Shown: piece by piece, positions 13,470-28,450 of the stretch
Layout of the letters: every line of letters begins with the position of its first letter
How positions within the stretch are numbered: position 1 is the stretch's first letter
NCBI GenBank assembly: GCA_030390025.1
Contig: CM059437.1
Location: 15,748,001 to 15,812,000, forward strand
Reading direction: 5' to 3'
DNA: 64,000 nt
DNA from: Squalus acanthias
Lineage: Eukaryota
Translations under genes and position numbers: made by a program
Notes under the pieces: model-generated
What the model was told of the DNA's origin: nothing
The model's database searches: none
What the model saw: the letters and a program-made list of their open reading frames with translations, nothing else

Positions 13470-14013
13470 GGGCCGGATTTTGCGACCCCTACGGGTGCGT
13501 ACGAGGTGCGAAGCACATGCGCTGAAAACCGGCACTTGCGATGTCAAGAATTCTCTTGACAGATCATCCGCCTGCCCAAGAAAGGTGCCTCTGTGGGTAA
13601 AAGGCCTGCTTTTACCAGCTAGAGTTTTTAAAAATAGAAAAATGAAATGTGATAACTCATTTATAAATCAAAAATACTCTTCAAAAAGGTAAGTTTATTT
13701 TAAATATGCAATGTTTTTTTAAAAAATGTAATGTGTTGGTGCATTTTTTAGGTGATCCCCATTCATATGTACAGAACTGTCAAAAGGTTGAATGGGGATT
13801 TCCTTCTTCCATTAGTTGGGTCAGCCCACGTGATCCCAGGAGCGCCTACGAACTGCTTGCGCCCCTGGGATGCGTGGGGCTCTGCCCGCGCGGACCCGGA
13901 GAGGCCCAGGAGCGCAAGCCGCCATTCTTCCCGGGCCACCAGGTAAATTCGTAGACATTTTGCAGGTCGGAGGCATCGGCCCGCGGGAAGCCTCCGATCG
14001 CAAATGTTGGCCC
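13470..14013. mobile_element. Non-autonomous DNA transposon (MITE), PIF/Harbinger-like
   Basis: Imperfect TIRs GGGCCGGATTTTGCGA ... TCGCAAATGTTGGCCC; AAT on both flanks; CpG-rich interior. Confidence 0.65.
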
Positions 14014-14344
14014 AATTTTAATGGAAGGTTTTGGAACAGCAACATGGAACACAGAGGTTCAATACAACAGGGTACCAAACGTTCAATAAAAGTAGGATAT
14101 ATGTTATGCTCTTCTCACATGCCACCACCCAAATTAAGTAATTGACAGAATGCACTTTCCATTTGTTATACAATTAAAAATATATGCAACGTTAAAAGGG
14201 CCCCATTTTAACACAACCATGTGTGGTAATAGGAATAGGTTTGACCAAGCAGGTTATTTAAAAATGTTGTGTGTTCATTAAACTTGCATGAAACCGGCTT
14301 GGGTTTTTTTGGGAGGGGGTGGACAGTTAAGTACACAAGAGAGC

Positions 14345-14700
14345 AAAAACTAAGGAATGCAAGTAAAGTCAAGGATGAGAAAAGGCCTTTCAGTCCACCG
14401 AGGCCCACCCCTCTACTACCTTAACTCACATTAAAACATCTAGCTTCATTTTGAATTTCCTCAAAACTTTTGCCTCTGCTACCCAACTTAGCAGATTGTT
14501 TCAAACATTTACCACTTGGAGTAAAGTAGTTCTTCAAATCAACTGTAAAACTATTTCTCACCAATTTAAACCCTTTGGCCCTACTTTCATGGCTTAATTT
14601 GAAGTTATATTCTGGGTTTATCCCATCAATGCCATTCATTATTCTGTATACGACAATGAGACCCCATTTAACCATCTTCTTTCTCCAATCCCACCATGAT
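14345..14700 (-). mobile_element. Degenerate CR1 3' fragment
   Basis: ORF 14421-14711 has remnants such as GLIVVYRIMNGID resembling the CR1 ORF2 tail. Confidence 0.55.
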
Positions 14701-15031
14701 GTTTTAAACAAATCAAGTGCTCGAGAAGCAACTCAACAATTGGTTCAACTTAAGTGAAGTCTAAATCGAATAACTCACGTTTGCACTTATGGAAATTAGG
14801 GCACAATTATAAGTACTGCTTTGACACCTATAACAATAAAGTGCTGAGGGGTTGGCAAGCTCTTGTGCTGTTGACGGCACGTTATTCGCCAGCCACCTGG
14901 CAGCTATAATGAAGAGGCCTGCTGAAACATGGCATTAGAAAAAAAATCTAATTTTGACCTAAAAAGTTTAAGATTCATCTACCATAAATACTTGCAGACA
15001 ACAAAGACCAGCACTTTCTTGGTTCTTGTCA

Positions 15032-15415
<384 letters not shown>

Positions 15416-15571
15416 TTAAATACTTAAGTTATAACCAACAGCTCAAGTAAAACACAGCTGATCCCTGGGTGACAGCAAACATGAAGTGGTAAATATGCCA
15501 AGCAACACAAGAAACCATCAAGTTTCCAAAATCAAGAGATTAAAATCTCAGGGGAAATATCAGTTAGCAAT

Positions 15572-16489
15572 TGTAGGATCCATTCCTCCCCCCCAACGGT
15601 AAAAATTCGACTATGAAATATAAAAACCCAGAACTGCAGAGCCCGCAAAAAGGGCTCGGCAATAAAGGGTTAATTCAAACATTGCAGCCGAAACTACGAC
15701 TGGATCACAGACAATCTAAAATCTGAACAAGAACATTCGCATATTCGTGTACCTTAAGGTTACATTGTTCACCTTGGACCATGGTATCAGTGCAGGCCTA
15801 AGACAATGGGCCGGGCCTTGAACTATTTGAATACGAATGCTAACAGAAACCAACAACTTCGCATATGCAGTCACTTTGAGAAAGCTGCATTGTCAGAAAG
15901 GTATCTCTAATCAATGGACAATTCACACATTTTGAAACGGTCATCGTATGCTCAGGAGGGGGCCAGAAAATGTGTTTCAAGATTGCAAGTTGGTTTTTGT
16001 TTAAGTAAAAAAATCACTTCGAGGACAGTGGTGTGGGAACTAACGGTAGAACAGCAAGCAGAAAGATTCGGGCCTACAAACAACTCCAAGGGACAGCCGA
16101 TCGGGAGTGGTGATTGTATGTTTCAGTCAAATCATAGAGGGGGCTTTTGTGATCGAGTCTGAGTAAGTTTGTGAGTTTCACAGATCACAATAGGGCCTTT
16201 GTGATTGAGTCTGGGTAACTTTATATGTAACAGTCAAATCGCGGACGGGTTTAACTGTGTAATATTGTGTCGATGCAAATGACCCTTGCGTAGGGGTTTG
16301 TATTTTGGGGTCGTTAGCCTGATATAGATCGTAAGGATTTATACTGGGGAAGTAAGTGTGTGTGTGTGTGTGTTCAATAAACAAACGAATCAAAGGTTGA
16401 GCCAAAACCCTGTGTATTTTGTTCTTATAAATCCTGACGTCCAAGAACGGTGTGTAACGGGGGACCGGTATCAGAGAAAACCCCTTACA
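15572..16489 (+). mobile_element. Solo LTR (TG...CA), Gypsy/ERV-like
   Basis: Begins TGTAGG, ends CCTTACA; CAAT direct repeat at 15568-15571 and 16490-16493; AATAAA near 16376. Confidence 0.65.
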
Positions 16490-17886
16490 CAATCAATCTG
16501 CTTACATTAAATGGGGACAGAAAAATAATTACAGACAGCTGGCCTCAAACTTGAATCTCCCTCATGCCATCACTACAGATAAATAACTCAGCCATTTCAC
16601 AAGAACGGCTGAGTGGAAATGGAAAGTCACGTTGATGCAGTAGGGGGATCATTCAGGTTGAGTTGCATAGAGATTGGGTACACCGCAGATTGGATGACCT
16701 TCACTTTGATGACCAGAAACATTTTGATATCAGAGATAAAATTTCAATAAAGTTGCACAACACTATAAAACAGTATGATGTTAGCAGCAAGCCAAGTTTT
16801 GGCAAATAAATTGAGTTCACATCTCCCAAGAAATGCCAGACTTTCAAAACAGGTTTAAATCCAGGGCATTTTGTTTTCACAGAGCAATACACACACCCAT
16901 AAGCACATCATCTTGATAGCCAAGAACTTACATAAAACTAAGAACTTAAAAAAAAACACAGCCCAATGTGCACTCCCCTCCACAAATCATCTGGATTTTC
17001 CCTCATCTTGGATTTGACTCGAACCCAAAACATTCAATTTCCAACCACATTTATACCCAAAATAATAAAGCTCTATAGAAGTATCTCCCAACTCCTGAAA
17101 GTAATCAAGCAAAACTCACAACTCGCACGATTCAACTCTGACAACTGCATTCAATAGAAAACTCATCCACATATCAACCACATATAGATGTTTGGAAATT
17201 TATATCTATTCCCTAAAAAAAAGTCACACTGGTTTACATATCGGTATTTTTGCACATTTTGTATATAAAGAATTTGCAGGAGCACAAACAGATATAATAA
17301 TATAGCAGTGGTATGGCAGCATTTCAAACTCATCTTCAATCCAGTTCTTAGAACAGGTATTTATCCAGTTGAATAACATGTTATTAACCATTTTTGTTGG
17401 GATTCTACTCTGTGGTAGTGGAATTCTTAGCCTCAATTGAAGCATACTAATTTAAAACTCATGCTCTGGCCGACGTTAGCTTAAATCTGCTTTCACCTAC
17501 ATATCCATTCCTTTCAGCATTATTTAAAACCCAGATTGTGTCCCTCATTCTTTTCTCCAATGAAAATAAATTAAGTTTTGTAAGTCTTCATAACCTAGAG
17601 CCTCTAGTCTTTGAACCCCCGACAATGCACCAATCTCCCTTTGAAGGCAGGGTGCCTAAAATATTCTAAATACGGCTTCCAATGAGTTATACAGAATTAA
17701 AAATAACCTGCTTTTAACATGTAGTACATGCCTCTTGAGGTGTATCCTGGTACTTGATTACCTCCATTGTCAATACAGAACAAAAATTTTACATCAATGA
17801 TCATCACGTTCAAATGCACTTGACACTTAATTGGTGAGTACTGAATGTACACTCATAAAATCAATAGTTGCAAATAACATACTTAC

Positions 17887-17943
17887 ATCATTAATGTCAA
17901 TGTTCTTGTCAACATCCACAACAAATTTTCCCTCTGGATGAAC
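17887..17943 (-). CDS. PSMC5: PSMC5 exon 5 ([19 protein letters not shown])
   Basis: 57 nt, AG/GT bounded. Confidence 0.97.
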
Positions 17944-18629
17944 CTACAAAAAAAAACCAAAGATGATTAAGGTCAGTATATTTTTTTATAAAAAGAGAAA
18001 AAGGTTAACAATCCTTACATGTTAATACAAATAAAGATGTGAAAAAATTAACTTATGAAATAAAAACAAACTCTTGAATTTTCTCAGGAGCTTCTCTGAG
18101 CTCTCAAGGATTTATCAATCCTGCTATGAACTATCAGAAGGTACACAGTGGCCCAGAGGCAGCTTTCCTTCATCCTGTAGTGAAGCTTCTACCTTATACC
18201 TCCACATAGTGGCTCATCTAAAATTTAGAAACTCACCATGCAGGAGGAGAGAGGAAATCTAAATCTAAATCCACACCATGGCAGTGCACTGTGCCTCACC
18301 ACTGGTATTCTTAACAATGCCTACTCATTTGTACATCAAACCAAGTATGGCATAACTGGCTTTTCTCTTGTCCGTTCCATTTTGTGGTAACTGGGTTTCT
18401 TCGCACTTCCCAACCAATAGATTCCAAAATCCAGAGCCCCTCCTTCCAAAGTCTCCACCAATGTGGCCCTGTAACCAGATGCTAGGAGGTACAGACCTCA
18501 AGCGGAGGACAAACAAAAACTTTCTCCAATGTAACCTCTGCAAGATGAAAGCCAATTTGTTCAGCTCCTACCAAAACGTCTGCCCCCAGCCCACCCCGCC
18601 CCAGATTCCATCCCCTCATTCAGACTGAA

Positions 18630-19312
18630 CCCAGTGGTTTTCAACTTCAGTGTTCTGAGCGGAGCTTAAATCCCCACATCCAAGACTGCTTCTTTTCATC
18701 TCCACAACAGTACGTCCTCTCCCTCAGCTTATTCCAATGCTGCTGAAATCCTCATCCACGTCTTCATCACCTCCAGGCTCAAATTCTCCAGTGCTCTGCT
18801 CGCCAGTCTCCTAAGTTCCACCTCAAGTAAACTACAATTTGTCCAAAATAGACACCTATATCCTATCCTTCATGGAGTACTGCTTCCTTTCACCCCCATC
18901 GTGGTCAACCTCTACTTGCTCTCCATTCTCCAACACAGCAAATTCAATAACCTGGTCTACAAGTCCCTCCATACTTTTGCCCCTCCTACTTCTACAACCT
19001 CTTCCATCCCTTTATGCCAGTCCACTCTTCTAAATCTTACAGCCTTTGCACCCCCTCCCCTCCATTTTATCTTTGGCCACACAACCTTTACCTGTCTCGT
19101 CTGCCCCCATTCTGGAACATTCTTCCTATACCTCTCTGCTTGGCTGCCACTCTCCTCTCCTTCAAAAGCCTCCACAAAACATACCTTTTTAGCCATGATT
19201 TGGATCACCACCACCCTTCAACTCTTCTTCCATCAGAGTTCAGTGGCCTGTTTCACCTCTGAAGTGTTTCTGGGCAGATTATGTTAAAAGTACTGTAGAA
19301 ATGCAAGTTGTT
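18630..19312 (+). mobile_element. L2 LINE 3' fragment
   Basis: gctgctgaaatcctcatccacgtcttcatcacctccaggctc encodes AAEILIHVFITSRL (L2 AETLIHAFVTSRL-like); ends in aaatgcaagttgtt tail. Confidence 0.7.
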
Positions 19313-20718
19313 TTCAGACAGTGGGATGGGGTAAATAACCCTCCAATTTTAACTTGCTGTTAGTGGTTATAGCACCTGGAAGTGGAGGTCAATAAATGAC
19401 CATGTGGGGAAACGTCTCAAGTGCAGGCCGGTATCCTTACACTCCATGAAACACATTCCAGTTCCAACAAGCTGTGCCACTTAGAGATGGCATACTATTT
19501 AAAACACACATCAATTATTAATAGGGAAATCATCAATCTTTAATAATTCCCACTCAATTACATACCCTACATACTGTAAGCAGCAACAAAAAACTGAAAG
19601 ATTGTACATGTTGCATTACCGGAGGTGGGGTGAGCAAGCAGGCTACACATCAGCACAGAAAAAAATTCTCTCAATGAGTTCCTACCCTATTCCAGAAGCT
19701 TAAATATTTGATTAAACAGCCAGCCCTGTAATCCACTACAATAAACGATCCTTCAAGCAGTTAGGATTAAGTGTGGAGTCTCATCTTCCACATCGGTGCC
19801 AAGGACATGATGTCCCACTCTCCAGTACACTCATGCCTCACCACAATGAGTGTTGAAAAAGAAAATACAGTGTACAGGAAGCCGATTTGTATCAACCGTT
19901 ATGTGAAGACCGGCTGCCATCAGACATTGCTGCAGAAACAGTGGGCAGTGTGGTCAGCAAGGATAGGGCACAGACGTGAATCTACCGCAATGGGTATGAG
20001 CTTTTTGTAATCTTGATAGAAAAGCTGTTCTACAACAAAAGCCATTCACGTGATTCAAAGCCTTTGTTATAGAAACTACAGGTAATCTTGGGCAGTCACC
20101 ATACTGGCCATTATTACACCATATGAATTTCATGCCAGATATTCCTGGAATTATACAGGTTTCAATTCCAGGGTCCGAGGGCAAGCAACACTGAATAGGG
20201 AATTGCTAATGAATTAACCCATACAGACTCAGACACAAATTGCACATCTCTAGGAAAGTCATGGTTAGGTATCAAAATAGGGGGAAAAAAAACATCCATA
20301 CAACAGATGCAAGTTCACATGAGCAGACACATTGGGGTTACAAATTAGAATCTCTATCTCGCAGGTGAATGCAATCAGCAGTGACATTTTCTGTCAGCAA
20401 AACAGTGGTTTCAAAATGTAACTATGGTTTTTTTTGGAAAATTGAAGTAATATTAAATAAGGAACCACTTTCTCTCAGACTCTCATCTCTCTCCCTATCC
20501 CTGCTCTCTCTCCCCCCTCAGTTTAATAAATTTTTTGCAGTTTAAAAAAAAACACAAAAGCTGCAACAGGTGTGTCGTCAACATACTGTTATACACAGCC
20601 TGTTGTTTTAAAAAAATATATAGAAATTTTACCCAAGTAAAGCTTTGAAAATTTGTCTCTTGTTTTTTTCCCCAAAGCTACGAAGTAGAAAGTGATAGGA
20701 GCTAACGAAAAATATCCC

Positions 20719-21055
20719 TGATGTGGAGATGCGGGTTGGACTGGGGTGGACAAATGTGAGAAGTCGCACAACACCAGGTTATAGTCCAACAGTTTTATTT
20801 GAAATCACAAGCTTTCGGAGCTTTTCCATACAGACCCCAGCATCTGCCACATTTGACCCCTTGTGACCCCACCTCATTGTCTTTGATGTAATGTTTTCCT
20901 GACTGACCTGTTTGGACACCATCCACACCTTTGATTGCCGTGATTATCTCTCTGCCGAGGTGCGATAAAGGGCAGTTAGAAAGATTAACTGTAGTCATCT
21001 GGCAGTGTTCTCTGACTATATATGCTGTGCCTATATGCATCTCTTCACTTCACCT
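20719..21055. mobile_element. Penelope-like fragment, family A copy 2
   Basis: Inverted 3' end homologous to 4246-4348, then about 230 bp of extra sequence ending cttcacct(ga); 12-bp TSD GAAAAATATCCC at 20707-20718 and 21056-21067. Confidence 0.75.
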
Positions 21056-21402
21056 GAAAAATATCCCAGCAGTGGAGCTGACTGAATAGTTTTGCTTTCT
21101 AGGTACACTGCACATGCTCAAACTGCACAATCTAAATTCAGCTGAGAGTCACAGCTCAGGGCAAATATATCAAGTCCCAGCCCGTGCTTTTAGAGAGGCC
21201 GAGGCCTCGAAGTAATGACTTCAATGAAAACATTAAAAAAGAGACAAAAGACAATCCAATGCATACATTTAATAATGCTGTGAAACATGTATTTTTGAAT
21301 TTTTAGTTTAAACCTTTATTTTGGGCATTAGAAACTTCACATGCTAGACTAACAGGTACTTAGGAGTTTTCAATCAATCGCAAGCCCCGTGTATCGAATT
21401 TA

Positions 21403-21690
<288 letters not shown>

Positions 21691-21922
21691 TTACAATTAC
21701 ATTCATACAAGTTTAATTTTCAGTAAGGTTTAAGTCTTGGGTCGATACCATCTCATAGATCCACCAAAAAAATACCCCGTTTTCACAGATGATGAAATAA
21801 ATCTCATTACAGATTCAAACAATAAAACAGATCATAGTTAGCTCGCATAATTTCACATAATCTGAGCCAAAAGTTTGAGCCAAATTTCCAAAAGGCATTC
21901 AATAAGGTGTCAGATAACAGGT

Positions 21923-24900
21923 TTTTTTTTAATTCGTTCCTGGGATGTGGGTGTTGCTGGCATGGCCAGCATTTATTGCCCACATCTAATTGCCCTTGAG
22001 AAGGTGGCACTGAGTCGCCTTCTTGAACTGCTGCAGTCCGTGTGGTGAAGGTACTCCCACAGTGCTGTTCGGGAGGGAGTTCCAGGATTTTGACCCAGCG
22101 ACGATGAAGGAACGGAGATATATTTCCAAGTCAGGATGGTGTGCAACTTGGAGGGGAACTTCAGGTGATGGCGTTCCTATGCGCCTACTGACCTTGTCCT
22201 TCTAGGTGGTAGAGGTCGCGGGTTTGGGAGGCGCTGCCGAAGAAGCCTTGGCGAGTTGCTGCAGTGCATTTTGTAGATGGTACACACTGCAGCCACGGTG
22301 CGCCAGTGGTGCAGAGAGTGAATGTTTAAGGTGGTGGATGGGGTGCGAATCAAGCGGGCTGCTTTGTCCTGGATGCTGTGGAGCTTCTTGAGTGTTGTTG
22401 GAGCTGCACTCATCCAGGCAAGTGGAGAGTATTCCATCACACTCCTGACTTGTGCCTTGTAGATGATGGAAAGGTTTTGGGGAGTAAGGAGGTGAGACAC
22501 TCGCCGCAGAATACCCAGCCTCTGACCTGCTCTTGTTGCCACAGTATTTATGTGGCTGGTCCAGTTAAGTTTCTGGTCAATGGTGACCCCCAGGATGTTG
22601 ATGGTGGGGGATTCGGCGATGGTAATGCCGTTGAATGTCAAGGGGCGGTGATTAGACTCTCGCTTGTTGGAGATAGTCATTGCCTGGCACTTGTGTGGCA
22701 TGAATATTACTTGCCATTTATCAGCCCAAGCCTGAATGTCATCCAGGTCTTGCTGCAGTCGGGCATGGACTGCTTCATTATCTGAGGAGTTGCGAATGGA
22801 ACTGAACACTGTGCAATCATCTGCGAACATCCCCATTTCTGACCTTATGATGGAGGGAAGGTCATTGATGAAGCAGCTCAAGATGGTTGGGCCTAGGACA
22901 CTGCCCTGAGGAACTCCTGAAGCGATGTCCTGGGGCTAAGATGATTGACCTCCAATAACCACAACCATCTTCCTTTGTACGAGGTATGACTCCAGCCAGT
23001 GGAAAGTTTTCCCGATTCCCATCAATTTTACTAGAGCTTCTTGATGCCACAGTCGGTCAAATGCTGCCTTGATGTCAAGGGCAGTCACCCTCACCTCGGG
23101 AATGCAGCTCTTTTATCCATGTTTGGACCAAAGTAATGAGGTCTGGAGCCGAGTGGTCTTGGCAGAACCCAAACTGAGCATCGGTGAGCAGGTTATTGGT
23201 AAGTGCCGCTTGATAGCACTGCCGACAACACCTTCCATCACTTTGCTGATGATTGAGAGTAGACGGATGGGGCAGTAATTGGCCAGATTGGATTTGTCCT
23301 GCTTTTTGTGGACAGGACATACCTGGGCAGTTTTCCATATCGTCAGGTAGATGCCAGTGTTGTAGCTGTACTGGAACAGTTTGGCTAGAGGCGTGGCTAG
23401 TTCTGGAGCAGAAGTCTTCGGCATGACAGCCGGGATGTTGTAAGGGCACATAGCCTTTGCTGTATCCAGTGCGTTCAGCCATTTCTTGATATCACGTGGA
23501 ATGAATTGAATTGCCTGAAGACTGGCTTCTGTGATGGTGGGTACCTCAGGAGGAGGCCGATATGGATCATCCACTTGGCACTTCTGGCTGAAGATGGTTG
23601 CAAACGCTTCAGCCTTGTCTTTTGCACTCGCATGATGGGTTCCAGCAGCATTGAGGATGGGGATATTCCTGGAGCCTCCTCCTCCCCCCGTTCGTTGTTT
23701 AATTGTCCACCACCATTCACGACTGGATGTGGCAGGACCGTAGAGCTTTGATCTGATCCGTTGATTGTGGGATCGCTTAGCTCTGTCTATAACATGCTGC
23801 TTCCACTGTTTAGCATGCATGTAGTTCTGTGTTGCAGCTTCCCCAGGTTGGCACCTCATTTTTAGGTACGCTTGGTGCTGCTCCTGGCATGCTGTTCTGC
23901 ACACCTCATTGAACCAGGGTTGGTCCCCTGGCTTGATGGTAATGGTAGAATGAGGGATATGCCGGGACATAAGTTTACAGATTATGGTGGAATACAATTC
24001 TGCTGCTGCTGATGGCCCACAGCGCCTCATGGATGCCCAGTTTTGAGCTGCTAGATCTGTTCTGAATCTATCCCATTTAGCACGGTGGTAGTGCCACACA
24101 ACACGATGGAGGGTGTCCTCAGTGTGAAGACGAGATTTTGTCTCCACAAGGATGGTACGGTGGTCAGTGCTACCAATGCTGTCATGGACAGATGCATCTG
24201 CGACAGATAGATTGGGGAGGACGAGGTCAAGTAGGTTTTTCCCTCGTGTTGGTTCTCTCATCACCTGCCGTAGTTAGTCTGGCAATTATGTCCTTCAGGA
24301 CTCGGCCAGCTCGGTCAGTAGTGGTGCTACTGAACCACTCTTGGTGCTGGACATTGAAGTCCCCCACTCAGATTACATTCTGTGCCCTTGCTACCCTAAG
24401 TGCTTCTTCCAAGTGGTGTTCAACATGGAGGAGTACTGATTCATCAGCTGAGGGAGAGCGTAAGGTGGTAATCAGCAGGAGATTCCTTGCCCATGCTTGA
24501 CCTTAAGCCATGAGACTTCATGGGGTCCGGAGTCAATGTTGAGGACTCCCAGGGCCACTCCCTCCCGAATACCACTGTGCTGCCACCTCTGGTGGGTCTG
24601 GACATACCCAGCGATGGTGATGGAGGAATCTGGGGCATTGGCTGAAAGGTATGCTTCTGTGAGTATGACTATGTCAGGCTGTTGCTTGACTAGTCTGTGG
24701 GACAGCTCTCCCATTTCGGCACAAGTCCCCAGATGTTAATGAGGAGGACTTTGCAGGGTCAACTGGGCTGGTGTGCCGTTGTTGTGTTTGAAGCCGGTGC
24801 CGAGGTCGATCTGGTTTTATTCTTATTATTGTTTTTCGTAGCGGTTTGTTACAAGTGAGTGGCTTGCTGGGCCATTTCAGAGGGCAGTTAAGAGTCAACC

Positions 24901-25170
24901 ACATTGCTGTGGGTCTGGAGTCACATATAGGCCAGACCAGGTAAGGACAGCAGATTTCCTTCCCTAAAGAACATTAGTGAACCAGATGGGGTTTTTACGA
25001 CAATCCGATAGTTTCATGGTCACTGATATTAGCCTTTTGTTCCAGGTTTATTTAATTAACTTAATTTAAATTTCCCAGCTGCCATGATGGGATTTTAACT
25101 CACGTCTCTGGATCATTAGTCCAGGCCTCTGGATTACTAGTCCAGTAAGCTAACCATTATGCTACCATTC
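21923..25170 (-). mobile_element. Apparently full-length, frameshifted APE-RT LINE (CR1/L2 group) with a tRNA-SINE-like 5' head
   Basis: Endonuclease KQQPDIVILTEAYL and EPTRGKNLLDLVL; RT NYCPIRLLSIISKVME and GMFADDCTV across ORFs 24472-24714, 23113-24264 and 22177-22881; A-rich tail at about 21923-21931. Confidence 0.9.
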
Positions 25171-25179
25171 ATGTAAGTT

Positions 25180-26130
25180 AGTTTTACGCAAGATAAGGGC
25201 TCATGGGGTCGGGGGTAATATATTAGCATGGACAGAGTATTGGTTAACGGACAGAAAACAGAGAGTAGGGATAAACGGATCATTTTTAGGTTGGCAGGCT
25301 GTAACTAGTGAGGTGCCACGAGGATCAGTGCTTGGGCTTCAGCTATTTACAGTCTATTTTAATGGCTTAGATGAAGGGACCAAGTGTAATGTATCCAAGT
25401 TTGCTGACGATACAAAGTTAGGTGGGAAAGTAAGCTGTGATGAGGTATATAGACAGGTAAAGCGAGTGGGCAATGAGGTGGCAGATGGGGTATAATGTGA
25501 GGAAATGTGAGGTTATTCAGTTTGGTAGGAAGAATAGAAAAACAGAAATGTTTTTAAATGGTGAGAAACTATTAAAGGATGGTGTTCCTCGTACAGGAAA
25601 CACAAGAGTTAGCATGCAGGTACAGCAAGCAATGTACAGGGCTTTGGTGAGTCCACACCTGGAGTACTGTGCAGAGTTTTGGTCTCCTTATTTGAGGACC
25701 TTGGAGGCTGTGCAACGAAGGTTCACTAGATTGATCCCTGGGATGAGAGGGTTGTCCTATGAGGAGAGATTGAGTAGATTGATTGGGCCTATACTCTCTG
25801 GAGTTTAGAAGAATGAGAGGTGATCTCATCGAAACATACAAGATTCTGAGGAGGATTGACAGGGTAGATGCTGAGAGATTGTTTCCCCTGGCTGGAGAGT
25901 CTAGAGCTGGGGGCATAGTCTCAGGATAAGGGGTTGGCCATTTAGGACGGAAACAAGGAGGAATGTCTCCAGTCAGAGGGTTGTGAATATCTACCTCAAA
26001 GGGCTGTGGATGCTGAATCATTGAGTATCTTCACGGCTGAGACAGATAGATCTTTGGACTCTAGGGGAATCAAAGGATATGGGGATCCGGCGGGAAAGTG
26101 GAGTTGAGGTCGAAGATCAGCCATGATCTT
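25180..26130 (+). mobile_element. CR1 LINE RT and 3' fragment; its 5' continuation is at about 21883-21922
   Basis: VSKFADDTKLGG and PHLEYCAEFWSPYL motifs in ORFs 25313-25495 and 25473-25808. Confidence 0.9.
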
Positions 26131-26269
26131 ACTGAATGGTGGAGCAGGCTCGAGCAGCCGTATGGCCTGCTCCTGCTCCTAATTCTTATGTGCCTCTCAG
26201 AAAATAATTTTCAGGACAGTGCCCAAATAAATTGAATTTAATCTTTGTTAATTTTCTCCCTTGAAATGC

Positions 26270-27170
<901 letters not shown>

Positions 27171-27522
27171 TCATATTCATTTGGAATGGTATCAATTCAC
27201 ATACAAAGACTAGATGCTAGTAAACAAATTCAAATGAGAACACTGGAGGACTACCTGGCCGTCAGTAAATTTTAGAATTCAAATATGCTGCTACGGACAG
27301 TGTCTAAAAAACATTATTAAACCCATCAGGAGAGAAATGATTCCTAAGGCACTCTGCCTTTTTAACCAACAAAAGATTTTATCAATTTTAACACAAATAA
27401 AATAAATAGACTGCAGTGTTGAAAGGCAGATGACAGCATAAACAATAGTGAGTTATTTGATAAATTTTAGAAACTGATTTCATAATTTGGCTGGCAACTA
27501 TATACTGGACTTCCATGATACG

Positions 27523-28076
27523 CCTTTCCACCATCTACAAGGCACAAGTAAGGAGTGTGATGGAATACTCTCCACTTGCCTGGATGAGTGCAGCTCCAAC
27601 AACACTCAAGAAGCTCGACACCATCCAGGACAAAGCAGCCCGCTTGATTGGCACCCCATCCACCACCTTAAACATTCACTCCCTCCACCACCGGCGTACC
27701 GTGGCTGCAGTGTGTACCATCTACAAGATGCACTGCAGCAACTCGCCAAGGCTTCTTCGGCAGCACCTCCCGAACCCGCGACCTCTTCCACCTAGAAGGA
27801 CAAGGGCAGCAGGTGCATGGGAACACCACCACCTCCAAGTTCCCCTCCAAGTCACACACCATTCTGACTTGGAAATATATCGCCGATCCTTCATCGTCGC
27901 TGGGTCAAAATCCTGGAACTCCCTCCCTAACAGCACTGCGGGAGTACCTTCACCACACGGACTGCAGCGGTTCAAGAAGGCGGCTCACCACCACCTTCTC
28001 AAGGGCAACTAGGGATGGGCAATAAATGCTGGCATCGCCAGCGACGCCCAGATCCCATAAAAACTAATTTTTAAAA
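27523..28076 (+). mobile_element. 5'-truncated copy of the LINE family at 21923-25170
   Basis: ORF 27515-28012 YKAQVRSVMEYSPLAWMSAAPTTLKKL is nearly identical to ORF 22177-22881. Confidence 0.9.
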
Positions 28077-28450
28077 ATGCCTGATTTGCCGAGCAATTAT
28101 GTATTTATTTTACTGACTGATGCAGGAAATAAAGTTCTGTTTATTTTACATGAGGCTCAGCGCACGCACCCCCCCCCCACCCCCTCCCCCTCCCCCCCGC
28201 AACCCCTGGAGTTAGGAATATCCCTCTTGCAAGTTACAAAGGGCATTATCAAGGAGCAAAATAAATTGTAATGGGTCAGACTATTGGAAAATTAACATTT
28301 CGGACCTCAATTATTTCAAGTAAAAAGTTAGTTACTACAAATGCAGATTAGCTATTTTCTTCCTTATTTCTGGATTTTGTAAGTGATGCATTTTAGAGTT
28401 GCTTTTTCCTTAAAACTTCTCAGAGGTTTGGTTCTGCCATGGTAAATCAC

